A stretch of 36,822 bases of DNA from Octopus bimaculoides (GCF_001194135.2 NC_068986.1:70437703-70474524), one strand, 5' to 3'. Shown: positions 24,743 through 36,789, numbered from the stretch's first letter. Numbers and translations: made by a program. The notes: generated by a model from the letters alone, not told the origin.

Positions 24743-26092
24743 ATCAGTCTCACCAACCAAAAACCATAGGCACTTCCCCTTATTCTTTGACTAACTTACC
24801 TTTTATCTTTTATGTGTTTCAGGCATTAGATTGCAACCATGCTGGGGGACTATCTTGAGGAATTTTAGTCAAATGAATCAACCCCAGTACTTATTTTTTT
24901 GTAAAACCTGGTACTTATTCTGTTGGTCTATTTTGCGAAACTGCTAAGTTACAGGGATGTAAACATACCAACACCAGTTGTCAGACACAAAGACACACAC
25001 AGATATATGCATGATGTTTAGTTTTAAATTGGAATCTAAAGCTATACTAACATGGCTGCAAGTAAGAGCTGTAATATTTGATGAAGGTTTTATTATTTGG
25101 CTGTGCTAAGCTAAGTCCTCTTGTAAGCATATCAATTGGTGAGGAATGGATTCCACCAGGTCACTCTGTCCTTGATATACTACATGAACAACCAAGCTTT
25201 TATTTAGGGGTCTATATCTATTTATTGATAATTGAAGATTAAAATCTCTCACTTGGCAAAATATTGTTTAGCTAATTGATAAGGAATTAAAAATGCTTCT
25301 GCTCTTTCCCTCATAAAGAACAATGATAATGTAAATGTATGAATATACCTTTAAGTATGCTAATTACAGTGCAACAGCTGACCCAAATACAGATAATGAA
25401 TAAAACAGGGATTGTAAGGTGTATACAACTAGCTGGCCTAACATATTAATTGCTTCAAATACAAGTCAATGAAGGAGCCTCTACGTTGTCACTTGAACAG
25501 TTAGAGATAGCAGCCAAATTGACTCAGATCACATCTTGCCATCTTAAATAAGCTAAGGTCACATTGGATGATGTGGTCATAGATATCATTAAAAAGGCAA
25601 GATGGTCATGGCTGGAACGTCTTTGAATATAAATGCCCACCAAGGTTGACAAACTTTGGTGAATATCAATGGTTTAGTGTTGACTTCATCCCAGTTTTGG
25701 AGGTGGGCGGCACGTCTATCACTGATATATGATGTAATTTTTAATTATTTATCCAATGGACATGACTCAAGTTATACTTCCTCAATAAATATTACATCAT
25801 AAATTCATCTTACTCATTTCCCAATTGTAAACAGCTTGTTATTTCTTCTTTTATGGATGAAACATTTCATAGAGTTTGTTAATATAATTCAGAAACTGTT
25901 TTTATCCTTTAGAATTTTGTTTTCTTTTACCCAACATAACCTAGTTTTCAAAAGGTTAAGTTGCGTAACAGAAAAAAAAAATCTGTATGACAGTTGTGCG
26001 AAAAGAGGGAAACTAATTGTTTTATTTGTGTTTATCTTTTACTCATGGTTTCGTCCCCTATGCTATTTATTGGTATGTAACTTTTTTTTCAG

Positions 26093-26180
26093 CTTTGCTT
26101 AGATCCTCTCGGTGAATATATTTGGTTCTCAACAAATAAAAGAAAATTTCAGTCAAGCACACGCTCATAACAGAAATTAG
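26093..26180 (+). other. Candidate non-coding (5' UTR) exon
   Basis: Acceptors cttttttttcag (26092) or ctttgcttag (26102) and donor TTAG|gtattt, followed by a 62-nt intron-like segment with a pyrimidine tract. Every frame contains or ends in a stop. Confidence 0.35.
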
Positions 26181-26242
26181 GTATTTAAATTCAGTCATTG
26201 TAGGCATTTTTTATTTCTCCCATTTTGCCATCCCTCTTATAG

Positions 26243-26269
26243 ATGACCTGGAAAGAATTAACGGCGCAG
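26243..26269 (+). CDS. 27-nt exon; phase 0 reads MTWKELTAQ (possible start exon), phase 1 reads xDLERINGA
   Basis: Acceptor ttttgccatccctcttatag and donor GCAG|gttggt. Phase 0 joins in frame to the 206-aa ORF through the acceptor at 26777 or 26783. Confidence 0.45.
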
Positions 26270-26777
26270 GTTGGTTGTTACTGATTCAATCACTTTCCCC
26301 ACTTACTTAAGCACACACTCATACACACCTGTAGCATTGCAGACTGTTGACAAACTAGTCGCCATTCACATACCCGTTACACCCTCAAGGCTTACACATT
26401 ATTCAAAACTGCAAAAACTAGCAAGAAATAAAGACAAAAAAAAATATAAAAGAAAAAATTCAAGAAAACTAGAATCTAATTAAAACCTACGGCTGATGCT
26501 AAAGCGGACTAACAAGTTTGCAGTTTGCCACGTATTTTTACCGGCAACACGACTTTGATACTTGTCAGTTGACGATTTTAAATCCTTTGAATCTCATAAC
26601 AGTTAAATATTTACCTTACAGCAAGTATAACAGTCATTTAAAAACTTATTTCCCAGTTGTTATTAATATAATCTTGACTGAAACTTTTCTGGAAATATTT
26701 AATTTATAAGGAATTCTATTTCCAATTTAAAAAATTTTTCTTTATTTGTTATTACTGGTGTTGTCAACTATTTCAAG

Positions 26778-27404
26778 TTAAAGATGTCTGAATATCGACT
26801 GTCAGTTAATTTTGACCATAAACCACCACCAGAATACATCGACAGAGATCGCCTTCAACGGATTAGACAACTGGAACGGCTTCGAGAAAGACGATTCCAT
26901 GATTCCCGGTCTGTAAGAATGATGGGTTCAAATGGAAAGTTTGGTGGTTTAGATGAATATGGGAGACGATTGGAAAATGACATGCAAACACTTAAAGAAA
27001 TAAAAAAGAGCCGCGAACAGAGAGCAAGTTCACCAATTCCACGAGCATTGTCACCTCTTCCACCACTCTTCGATGTTAGCCCTGATCACTCCCCTAAAAT
27101 TCGACAAAATCTCTTTTTCGGAAATGAAACTTATACAAGGACTCGCTTAGAAGAATTGAAGCGAATGAGAGATGAAAACGGGCATACCGACTTTTCAGCC
27201 ACGGAAGGACTCAATACTGCTGTTGACAATCTTCAGCAAGTGAATGAGAGACTCAGCGAACTCAGATTGAAGTCTTCTGCTCTACAGAAAGAAATTCAAG
27301 AAAAACAAGCAAATAACAGCATTGAAGAAGAAAATTCTACTGAATCATTTACTATTCCAGAAATAACAGTTACCAACGAAGAAGCAGAGAATGTTGAAGA
27401 ATGA
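26778..27404 (+). CDS. Terminal or main coding exon containing the 206-aa ORF (MSEYRLSVNF...EAENVEE*): charged, with a Pro/Ser-rich linker, a probable coiled coil (AVDNLQQVNERLSELRLKSSALQKEIQEKQ) and an acidic tail; function unknown
   Basis: ORF 26784-27404 is non-repetitive with protein-like composition and higher GC than its flanks. In-frame AG acceptors lie at 26777 and 26783. AT-rich UTR-like sequence follows. Confidence 0.8.
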   Translation, partial: LKMSEYRLSVNFDHKPPPEYIDRDRLQRIRQLERLRERRFHDSRSVRMMGSNGKFGGLDEYGRRLENDMQTLKEIKKSREQRASSPIPRALSPLPPLFDVSPDHSPKIRQNLFFGNETYTRTRLEELKRMRDENGHTDFSATEGLNTAVDNLQQVNERLSELRLKSSALQKEIQEKQANNSIEEENSTESFTIPEITVTNEEAENVEE

Positions 27405-28574
27405 GTTATTTAGAATGTTAATTGAACCTGGAAGATTTCCTATCATTGACGGCAAATCTAGTTTTAACATTGGCATTGACAGACGTTTCATCATCAACAA
27501 TCAACAGGAATGATATTTGAATTTTCTTATTATTTCGAAAACAAATGTTTATCGTAAGAAATCAAAACTTCATTGTTTGTCTAGTTAGTCTTAAAGTGTT
27601 ATCTTCCAGATTTTAATTTCATGTGTCAAAGGTGAAGGAAGTTGTAATTGACAAAATATATTGATTTGATTTTATACTTTACGTTATAACAAATATTATT
27701 TGGTTGAAACTAGAAATTGTATAAGAAAAAAAAACATTCTCATATTGACGAATATCGAAATATTACTTTATTGGTGGTTTCATTCATTTGTTTTTGTCTA
27801 TTTCGTTAATTTCGTAACGGGATTTTTATAACAGTCTTTATAAACGATATAAACCAAAATGTCCAAACTGAAACCTAATCCTTGCATTTCTTTGTTGTTG
27901 CTATAATAATTATAAAGTTGTTATTATAATTTTTCTTTAAAATTGCCAAGATGCTTATTAGTAAGACGTATTTACATTTCAAGTGTTTTGCTATGTTGAG
28001 AATTGAAATTATGTACAGATATGTTTGTTTTACCACTTTGCTTAGTTCCTCTTCCAGAAAACCAGAACATTCCTTAATCTATTCAAATATCTACAAAACA
28101 TTCATTGAACAAGACTTACATTACTTTATTTTATTTTCATATACTTTGCTTATGGGAAAATTGTACTAGTTTCATTTTGTAACCGACTACTATTTTGTAT
28201 GGTACGATATGATCTATACAACTAAAGGCATTAACTGTTCTTGAACTAACTAACAGAAGACAACTTGGAATATATATAAACAAACTCTCACAGTCATACA
28301 TACGTGTACAGGTGCGTGTGAGAGAGTGAGGGTATATGTGTCGGTGTATGGATATATGAATGTATATATATATGTGTGTTAAGTGCATGTTTGTGTATGT
28401 ATGTAAATAAAAAGTACGTAGATGTGCATACAAAAGTATACATATATGTACATGCGTGTATGTTTGTGAATTTAAATACATATATAAGTTTATATGTATA
28501 CATATATATTTATTATATATGTACACTTGGATATACATATACGTATATTTATAAATATATTTATCATTCTTAAA

Positions 28575-28687
28575 CAAGAATATTACTGACAGTAACTTCG
28601 AAGTTTCGGCCAGCTAAGCTATCGTCGGGCTGTCCGACGATGGCTAAACTCGCCGAAATTTCGAAGTCACTGTCAATAATAATCTTG
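28575..28687. repeat. 113-bp palindrome: 54-bp arms with a 5-nt loop
   Basis: Left arm 28575-28628 versus the reverse complement of 28634-28687: 46/54 identical with no indels. Nine CpGs. Confidence 0.9.
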
Positions 28688-28872
28688 CATAGGAACAGTA
28701 AATTCGTTCTTTACTAAAGTATTGAGTACCCCATCAAATTAATATAAATTTTGTTTTTATTATAAGTGAACATAAAATCAAACATTAATATTTATAAGTA
28801 TACATATATGTGTATGCATCACTGTTTAAAGGTATGAATATATTTGTATAAATGCATGTACACGTGTGTGTG

Positions 28873-28914
<42 letters not shown>

Positions 28915-29051
28915 ATAAACACAGCAGTTGATAAATATGTATGTATGTGTAAAGATATGTATATATGTATGTTTTATAAGTGTGTGTGTATATATACACA
29001 CAGGGACATATGTATATGTGTGTGTGTGCATGTATGTAGATATATATGTAC

Positions 29052-29092
<41 letters not shown>

Positions 29093-29699
29093 CACACACA
29101 CACACAAGACGTGTATGTGTGTATGCAGATATGAACATGCACACACACATATATATACAAATATACATATACACACATAAACATGTATATGTCTGTACAT
29201 GTTTGTATATATATATATAAATTTAAATGTATGTGTATGTGTGTGTGTGTGTATGTACATACATACATAGAACACAGTGTTCCAAAGTCCACTTTTGTCT
29301 AATGAAAAATTGCCTAAAACTCAGAATAACAGGTTATGAAGTTTATCAGCTTCAATAAAGCATTACATTTTATTGTACATTTGGTGTTTGAGTGTTGTTT
29401 TCTCCACCTTGTTTTGCACATTTTTGTTCGCATATATGAACATACGTACATATACTGTTTGTATGTATGTGTGTGTGTATACAAACAAGAGGGTCTTCTT
29501 TCCATTTCCGTATACCCAACCACTCATGAGGCCTTGGTAGAAGGCAGTCACACTTAAGGGGTCATACAGAAGGACTGAACTCAAAATCACATGATTTTAC
29601 AGCAAACTTCTTAGCCTCACAACTATGCTTAATCTGTCACATGTGTGCATATATGCACACAATTACACACACACACACACACACACACATAAATACCAC

Positions 29700-30236
29700 T
29701 TGTATCAACCAGGCTGTCTGATGTTGTTGTATATCACTGATCACAATGCACTTCCAATTCATTTTTGATTGCACACTTCTTTCCATATTGGCCCAAATTG
29801 CTCAACTAAATTGCCTTCCTATTCCCATGGTGGCCTTCTCAGTGACCTTTTCAATCCCTTGGATACCACTCACCAACTGCACTGTTTCACCTCTTGTCTG
29901 TGAACCTTGTGTCGTGTCTGACCCAGAAGAACTTCTGCTATTCTGCAGTCATATCATAGACTTCACTCCATTTCAAATCTGCTCTCACAATGATGTTCTT
30001 TCCATGACCCTTTGTATTGTAGCTAATAGATGTTCTTCTTTCTTCATAGTAACCCATATTTCACTTGTTTATGATAGTGCAGGTAGATCAGGTAGAACAA
30101 TACCATTGAAGAGACTAGCCCTTAGGATCTTTACCAGCTTTGCTTTGAGAACATCTTTTATCAAGGTAAATGCCTTTTATCCTGCCCTTATTCTCCTTGA
30201 GATTTCAGCACCCACATCTTGGGCCATATTCACTCT
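29700..30236 (-). mobile_element. Decayed RTE-clade LINE fragment (post-RT C-terminal region)
   Basis: The minus strand reads AEISRRIRAG*KAFTLIKDVLKAKL...LFNGIVLP...SEIW, with stops. The + strand ORF 29746-30258 is its antisense. Confidence 0.75.
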
Positions 30237-30282
30237 GTGTGTGTGTGTGTGTATGTGAGCGTGCACACACACACACACACAC

Positions 30283-30420
30283 GTGAGGGTAAGTAAAAAG
30301 TTATACACACTCTTGTTTCTGTAATTAATTAAAGTAAAAGCAGGGATTGAGCTGTTATATCATTTTTAGACATAATCTCCTTGATTTTCAATACATTTCT
30401 TCCAGTGGTCCAATATATAA
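30283..30420 (-). mobile_element. 3' stub of a mariner-type DNA transposon
   Basis: The minus strand reads HWKKCIENQGDYV*K, like the W.KC.E..GDY.EK C-terminus of mariner transposases. It is followed by a TIR-like end (gagggtaagtaaaaag on the + strand). Confidence 0.4.
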
Positions 30421-30439
30421 TATATCTTTTAATGGTTTC

Positions 30440-32465
30440 AACCAGAAGTTGAGGTCATGTTGGACACTACTTTTTAGTGTGTTTGGGTCTCTTTTCTCTA
30501 CTGTTTCTGGTGAAGTAACAAGTTGGACAGAGCTGCTCTTCCTTGTGCCTCCTGCCATGATGTAGGTTCATCTGGTATCTCAGATGAAAATTTGTCCAGA
30601 TATTCTTTGAAGATCTTCACATCTACACTTTACAAATCTCTGAAGTTATCTGGCAGAATATTGAGCAGTTGTGGATCCGTGAAACCTAAACTGTTACAGT
30701 ACTAGCTCTTTATTTGAAATGGAGAAGGTGGGATTTTTAGTACTATGTCTAGTTCGTTGGTTGGTATAGCTTTCAATCCTGAAGTTGGGAACTAGTTTTC
30801 AGGGTTTTCCCATATGTATATCACTACATATCTTTTACACCTCTCTGGTGAGTAGAGCTTCAGTTCCTTTAGCTTCTTCTAGTAGCTCATCTGTTTTACT
30901 GAGTCAATTTTCTTTGTGTAGTGGCATTGGATTACCTCAAATTTTACCACCAGTTTGATGCTGTGCATGACCACAGTTGGGAGCAGTAATCCAGATGAAT
31001 GAGAACAAAAGTTCTCCATAGGAGTTGCATGGTATCCTTTTTCCTGGTTCTGAAATGATCTTGGAATCTATCCAACTGCTCACTTGCACAGTGTTACCAT
31101 CTCAGTAATATGCACATGAAATATTATATCATTACACATGTAGATTCCCAGGGCACACGCCGACTCTAATTCTGGGATTGCACCACCTCTTGGGCTTGTG
31201 TATTCCAATTGTAGTCTGTTTGTGGGCTGGTATTGGAGAACTTGAAACTTCACAGCATTGAACTGCATGTTATTTTCATCAGCCCATTTGTATATTGTAT
31301 TCAGGTTGTTTACAGTGTTTGTATATCATCAGGGTCCTTGACCATCTGTGATACTTTTGTATCATTAGCCCAGCTGGTGAGTGGCTGACTGTATGGTTAA
31401 GGGCATGTCTGAGAGAGCCACTTCAAACAGTAGAGGTCCCAGTACAGATCCTTAAGGGACTCCACTGTGAATTGATACCTCCCTAGAGAGTGCACTCTTG
31501 GCTGCAACTGTCTGACTTCTTCCTTTTAAAAAGTCATGCATCCACTCTCCCAATTTTCTAGTGATATCAATTTCATGCTGTTTGTGATGTATCATTCCAT
31601 GATCAACTTTGTCAAAAGCCTTGGCAAAGTTGAGATATATGTCACATCCACATTTGAGTGATTGAGCTGCTATTTCAGTACCCGGTCATGCTGTAGTAGT
31701 TGCGTGAGGCAGCTCCTCCCTGGACAGAAGCCATGTTGTGTGTTTGTGAGCAAGTTATCTTCTTCCAGAAATGTGATCAGCCTCCTTCTAACAATGTAGT
31801 CTATGACCTTGCTAACATGTGAAGTCAGAGAGATAGGCCTGTAATTTTTAGCACCTGTTATGCTTCCTCTTTTATGTAAAAGGCATATTATACCTTCTTT
31901 TAGCAATTTAGGAAGTTTACTACACGCAAGGAAACAAAAGTATTTGCAGTAGTTTTGTGAGAGCTTTCTTGCATGTCTCTAAAAGAACAGCTGGAAATTC
32001 ATCTGGGCCAGTTGCTGAATTCAATTTCATTTCATCAGTGACCAATATTAGATCTTCCTCTTTTATGTTAATGTAATTGATTGTTGCCTCTTTCCTTTGT
32101 AGACCTGCAGTGTTAAAAAGCTTGTCAAGCTTGCTTATTTGCATGTTTCTCAGTGGAGAGGTGAAGACACTTTGGAATTGTTTATTTAGCACTTCACTTA
32201 TTCTCCTGGGGTCTGCAGTTAGTGAGCCATTTTCTTCAAACAGTGGCCTTATTGTGCACTGAGGCAGATTCTTTCACAAACTTATAGAAGGCTTTAGGAT
32301 TCGTTTTTATATTTTCTACTGCCCTAGTTTTTCTTTCTACCCTTTCCATTTCATGGAAGAGTGAGTTTACTTCCAATATCTAAAAGTGCCTCTTTGAGGA
32401 GGGATTTCTTGCTCTCATTAAGTTGTTTATTTAATCAATTTGAGATCTTTATTCTGTCTCAGAGA
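30440..32465 (-). mobile_element. 5'-truncated, decayed CR1/L2-group LINE ORF2 (RT and C-terminus)
   Basis: ORFs 31920-32192 (SATGPDEFPAVLL), 31670-31906 (KNYRPISLTS...QHGF..GRSCLTQL), a DFAKAFDKVDHG motif near 31600-31630, 31080-31268, and the C-terminal FKEYLDKF..IPDEP. Many frameshifts. Confidence 0.85.
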
Positions 32466-32469
32466 ATGA

Positions 32470-33320
32470 TATTATTGTACATTGACATAGGGTCTTCTAG
32501 CAGCCACCCTCTTGACCCAGAGCAGCATTACCTCCTCCAGGCACTTGATGTAGACCTCCGTATTGAGTCTGAGGCTGTGTGGGAAGATGAATGGAGACAT
32601 AGCATCGCCATCACTAGTGATCATTCAAAACACCATGATGTTGATTGGATGTTTGATTTTTATCACCTTCAGTACGTTTTGGGGACACGGTAAACCCAAC
32701 TGTTGTTCTGTGTGTTCACCATCTGATCCTAGCAGAAATTTTTCTCATCTAAGAAAAACCAAAGCATGTTTGGTTGGAGGAGATGCTCAAATTTGTTCAA
32801 AAGCTTCGTAGCATGGTCTTTCCTCTTGTACTTGATGGCTTGGGATAAAAATTGGCCCTCTCTCATCATGTATGAGGAATACAAAATGCCTGATAAGAAG
32901 CTCAGACACTCCCATGTCCCTGGTGATGGACCTGAATGACTTGGAGGGATCATTGTCAATCATGGCCTGGATCTCCCCAACAAATTCAGGAGCTCTTTTC
33001 TTATCAGAACAACCAGAGTGAGTTTTCTGAGCTGCTGTATCTTTGTAATTACCATTAGACTCATCTAACTCTTTCTGAATCCTCTGCACTATCCTCAGAT
33101 TGACACCCAATCACTCTGAAACGTTTGTATTGGAGCTTCTGGCCAATCAATACATGTTTCCAAATTTCTGGCAGAGTGAATTGCGTCATGGTGCTGTTTT
33201 TCTCACAGACGGTGCCCAACTGATCCTACTATACTGTGTAGTTGACAAAATCAAAAACAAACACTGCGCATGTGCATAATTAGGAATATAAAATGGTGAC
33301 AATTTACCCATCACACCCTG
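32470..33320 (-). mobile_element. Truncated Tc1/mariner-superfamily (maT/DD37D-like) transposon with its 5' TIR intact
   Basis: TA + CAGGGTG terminus at 33322-33314 on the minus strand. HTH region in ORF 32787-33110, WFFLDEKNFC in ORF 32729-32959, then KHP..IMVF..ITSDGD...FIFP..LRLNTE.Y. It ends before the second catalytic Asp. Confidence 0.8.
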
Positions 33321-34301
33321 TATGTATATATATATAAATAAACACACACACACATATATAGTTATATGTGATGTAGATATATATATATTAAATTTAACCT
33401 ATTGCCTACCAGTGATTTCATATGAGATTACTTAGAAATTACAAATTTCGTAATTATCTGTCAATATTTACACATATCTAACCTTTTTGCTATATTTACT
33501 AGGTATATTTCTCTGATATTCAAATGAGGTTTGCTAATTTTTCACCCAATATCTCGCTTATTTCTATTTAAAATGTTGTTTTGAAATATTATTTTGATCA
33601 TTCCAGTGTGTTTCTAAGGCTGTTTTATGCTAGAAATCAAAGTTTAATAAAAAAAATTCCAGTTAATAGAATTATGGGAGGTAATGGGTTAATTAGAGGT
33701 TGTTTTAACAGCATGAAGGGATGGTTTCATCCAAGAAAATACTTGTTCTATACCTAGTATTTTGAGGAAATGAATTTCTTTAAAATAATAGGTATATATA
33801 TATAAACATATTGTTTATATTCATTTAATAGAAGAAGAAAATGGAGATTGGGAAGTTAATAATAGTTTATTATTAACAGCAAATTGGCCATTTTCACTTA
33901 CAATTGTTTGTAGTAATACTCAATAAACATTAAATTTACATTTATGCAACAAGAGCATAATATCATCAGAAGAAAACAGATGTACCTTTGGATGCTATAT
34001 GTCTGTTTGGGAAATTCATTTGAGCAGACTCATTTATGCTCTATATATATATATATAGCTTTGGCTATGTCAAGATGGTTTTTTGGTATTCTTCTTTCCC
34101 GCTTAGATTGTTTAAATGTTGTCACAACAGTAATATGTTCATTCTGCCTAAATCAAATTTCAGTAAATTTTCTTTATCCTTGTGCAGCTGAAGATTGCTC
34201 TGCATTTTCCATTTAATGTAATGCTCACATTTACTTAAATAAATGGAGTTGCATGAAACGTGCGTACTGCAATAACCTTGAAAATCTGTGTTGCTTTTTT
34301 A

Positions 34302-34375
<74 letters not shown>

Positions 34376-34469
34376 AATTTCACATTATTAGGCAAATCAA
34401 CTTTCTCTCAATAAATAAATGTATATCCGTTGAAAACCAGTTGTTTTCCCACTGACTGTTAGCAACAAC

Positions 34470-36704
34470 TATCTGCACACATTCTTATGCCCAACTTTTC
34501 TCTCAGGGTGCTTACATTCTGTCATGTATGCACACTGACATTACACATCCAGTGGATCATACTTGCTTCATTTCTTTCAAGCCTACATATGTCCTCATCA
34601 GTCATGGCCCATGTTTCACTGCTGTGTAGCATGGCAGTTCGCACACATGCATCATACAGTTTACCTTTCATCCTGAGCGAGAGGCCCTTAGTTGCCAGCA
34701 GAGGTAGGAGCTCCCTGAACTTTGCCCAGGCTATTCTTATTCTAGCAACTACCCTCACTACAGACTTCATAGCCTAGGTAGCGGAAGCTATTAACTACTT
34801 CTAGTTTCTCCCCCGGCATGTGATGGAATCTGTTTTCTGTACATCATCAGTGTTTATTGCCCCTGTGCATCTGCCACACACAAATACAATTAACCTTCCT
34901 TTGATGTTGCTGTACTTCTTATGTGTCCACAGTTTACACCAGATACATTGTAATGAGTTTCTATCCACACCTTTTCTACAGATCAAGCAGGGCCATCTAC
35001 CTGAAGGGGTTTGTGATTTGACAGCCTTCCTACTTACTAAGACTGTGGTTTTTGCTAGGTTAACCCTAAGGCCTTTTGATTCTAGACCTTGCTTCCACAC
35101 CCTAAACTTTGTCTCTAGTTCTGGCAGTGACTTGGCTGTTAGTGCAAGCTCATCAGCATAGAGGAGCTCCCAAGGGCAGCCTGTCTTGAATTCCTCTATT
35201 CTTGCATGGAGGACTAGAATGAATAAGAGGGGGCTGAGGATTGATCCTTGGTGAACCCCTACTTCTACTCGGAATTCTTCACTATACTTGTTGCCAACCC
35301 TCACCTTATTAACAGCATTCTGGTACAGGACTTGTACAGCTCTTATCAATTACTTGTCTATCTCCAGTTTCTGCATTGACCACCAGATAAGCTTTCTCCA
35401 AGTCAACAAAAGCCAAGTACAGAGGTTTATCTTTGGTTAGGTATTTCTCCTGCAGATGTTTTACCAGAAATATAGCATCAGTGGTGCTTTTGCCTGGCAC
35501 AAAGCCAAACTGCATCTCATCTTGGCTAACTCTGTCCTTAATTGGTTGGGTTATAACCCTCTCTGTAACTTTCATCACCTGATCCAATAATTTGATACCC
35601 CTGTAGTTATTTCCATCTAAAGCATCACCTTTACTCTTGTAGCAGTTGACTATGGTACTGCTACATTAGTCATTGGGTATGACTCCTTCATGAACTACCT
35701 AATTTACAATGTGGCTGATAAGACCATAACCCCCACCATCCAATATTTTAAGTATCTCAGTGGTGATTTCTGATGGTCCTGGTGCTTTCCCTGTCTTCAT
35801 ATCCTTAATAGCTTTATCTACCAGGGTACTGTTGATTCAGGTAGCTGGTCCCTCAGTCAGATCAACCTTTGGTAGACTCTCCTACTCCCATTTATTCTCC
35901 ACATTCAGGAGTCTTTCATAATGGCATCTCCAAGCCTCTCTCTTTGCAGAATCATTAAACGCAAGGGCACCATCATCCATCTGGACACATTTCTCTACTC
36001 TGACATCATGGTTTTTTTTCTGACACAGTCTTGCAATCCCAAATACTTCAGTTCTTTGGTCCTCATGTCGCTGAACATTGGCAGCCTTCTTTTCTGCTAC
36101 TCTCTTGGCTATATATACCTATCTCCTAGCTTCCCTTTTGGCTATCTAATACATTCTCCTTCTACCCCTACTCTTCCAGGCCTTCCAAGCCTGTTTCTTT
36201 GCTCTAATAGCCCTATCTACAGTCTTGTTCCACCACCATGTTACCTTAGGTTTAGAAGGGACTTTGCACCAGTCACTCAGCTGCATTTTATGTCACAGGA
36301 CTGTAGCTCTGCCTCGCTATCATCATATTTCTCAGTAAGGATATCCCTAAATCTCTGACTGTGTGAAGGTTCTTCAGCTTTCAAGTCCTCCTTTTCCAGA
36401 TTGGTCTGCTTTTTGGCATCCTTCTGGCCTTCAGTCTAAAGTCACTAATAACTCATCAATGCTGGGGGGTATATTCTGCACCAGGGAGGGTCTTTGTATT
36501 TAAGAGCAACCATGCATCATGCTATCTGGTGAGAGTGAAATCAATCTGGCTAGCAGAGTCACTTGATTGATAGGTTATCAGATGGCTAGCTGGCTTCCTG
36601 CAGTTGGTATTGCAGATCAATAGGTTATTTGCATCACAGAACTCCAGGAGCCTAGCTCCCTCTTCATTTCTGGTTCCAACTCCCTGGCCTCCATGTACAC
36701 CATG
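34470..36704 (-). mobile_element. Decayed RTE-clade LINE ORF (end of the APE endonuclease through RT), truncated at both ends
   Basis: ORF 36522-36788 (GTRNEEGARLLEFC...SQIDF), 35309-35587 (QFGFVPGKSTTDAIF), 34801-35349 (GVHQGS.LSPLLF...LLYADE) and 34522-34770 (RIRIAWAKFREL). The catalytic YADD reads YADE, and the AFDRV motif is missing at a frameshift. Confidence 0.9.
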
Positions 36705-36789
36705 GAAGATATATATATATAACATATAACTATATATATATATATATATATATATAACATATGACATATAACATATGACATATGACATA

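Larger units (their letters stand above)
25950..28700. promoter_or_regulatory. CpG-retaining (probably unmethylated) island around the 206-aa ORF; likely contains a promoter
   Basis: By-eye counts: about 22 CpG in the 621-nt ORF, versus about 6 in the 1240-nt exon at 3556-4795. About 15 CpG per 0.9 kb in each AT-rich flank, versus about 3 in 6000-7500. Confidence 0.5.

Noticed and set aside
25959-26550. bZIP-like gttgcgtaac and RFX half-site ccggcaac in the CpG island
   Set aside because: Single short motifs cannot be distinguished from chance without conservation or chromatin data.
35921-36358. 145-aa + strand ORF (also 29746-30258, 32361-32693, 34487-34777, 34820-35161)
   Set aside because: They are antisense shadows of LINE or transposase coding sequence.
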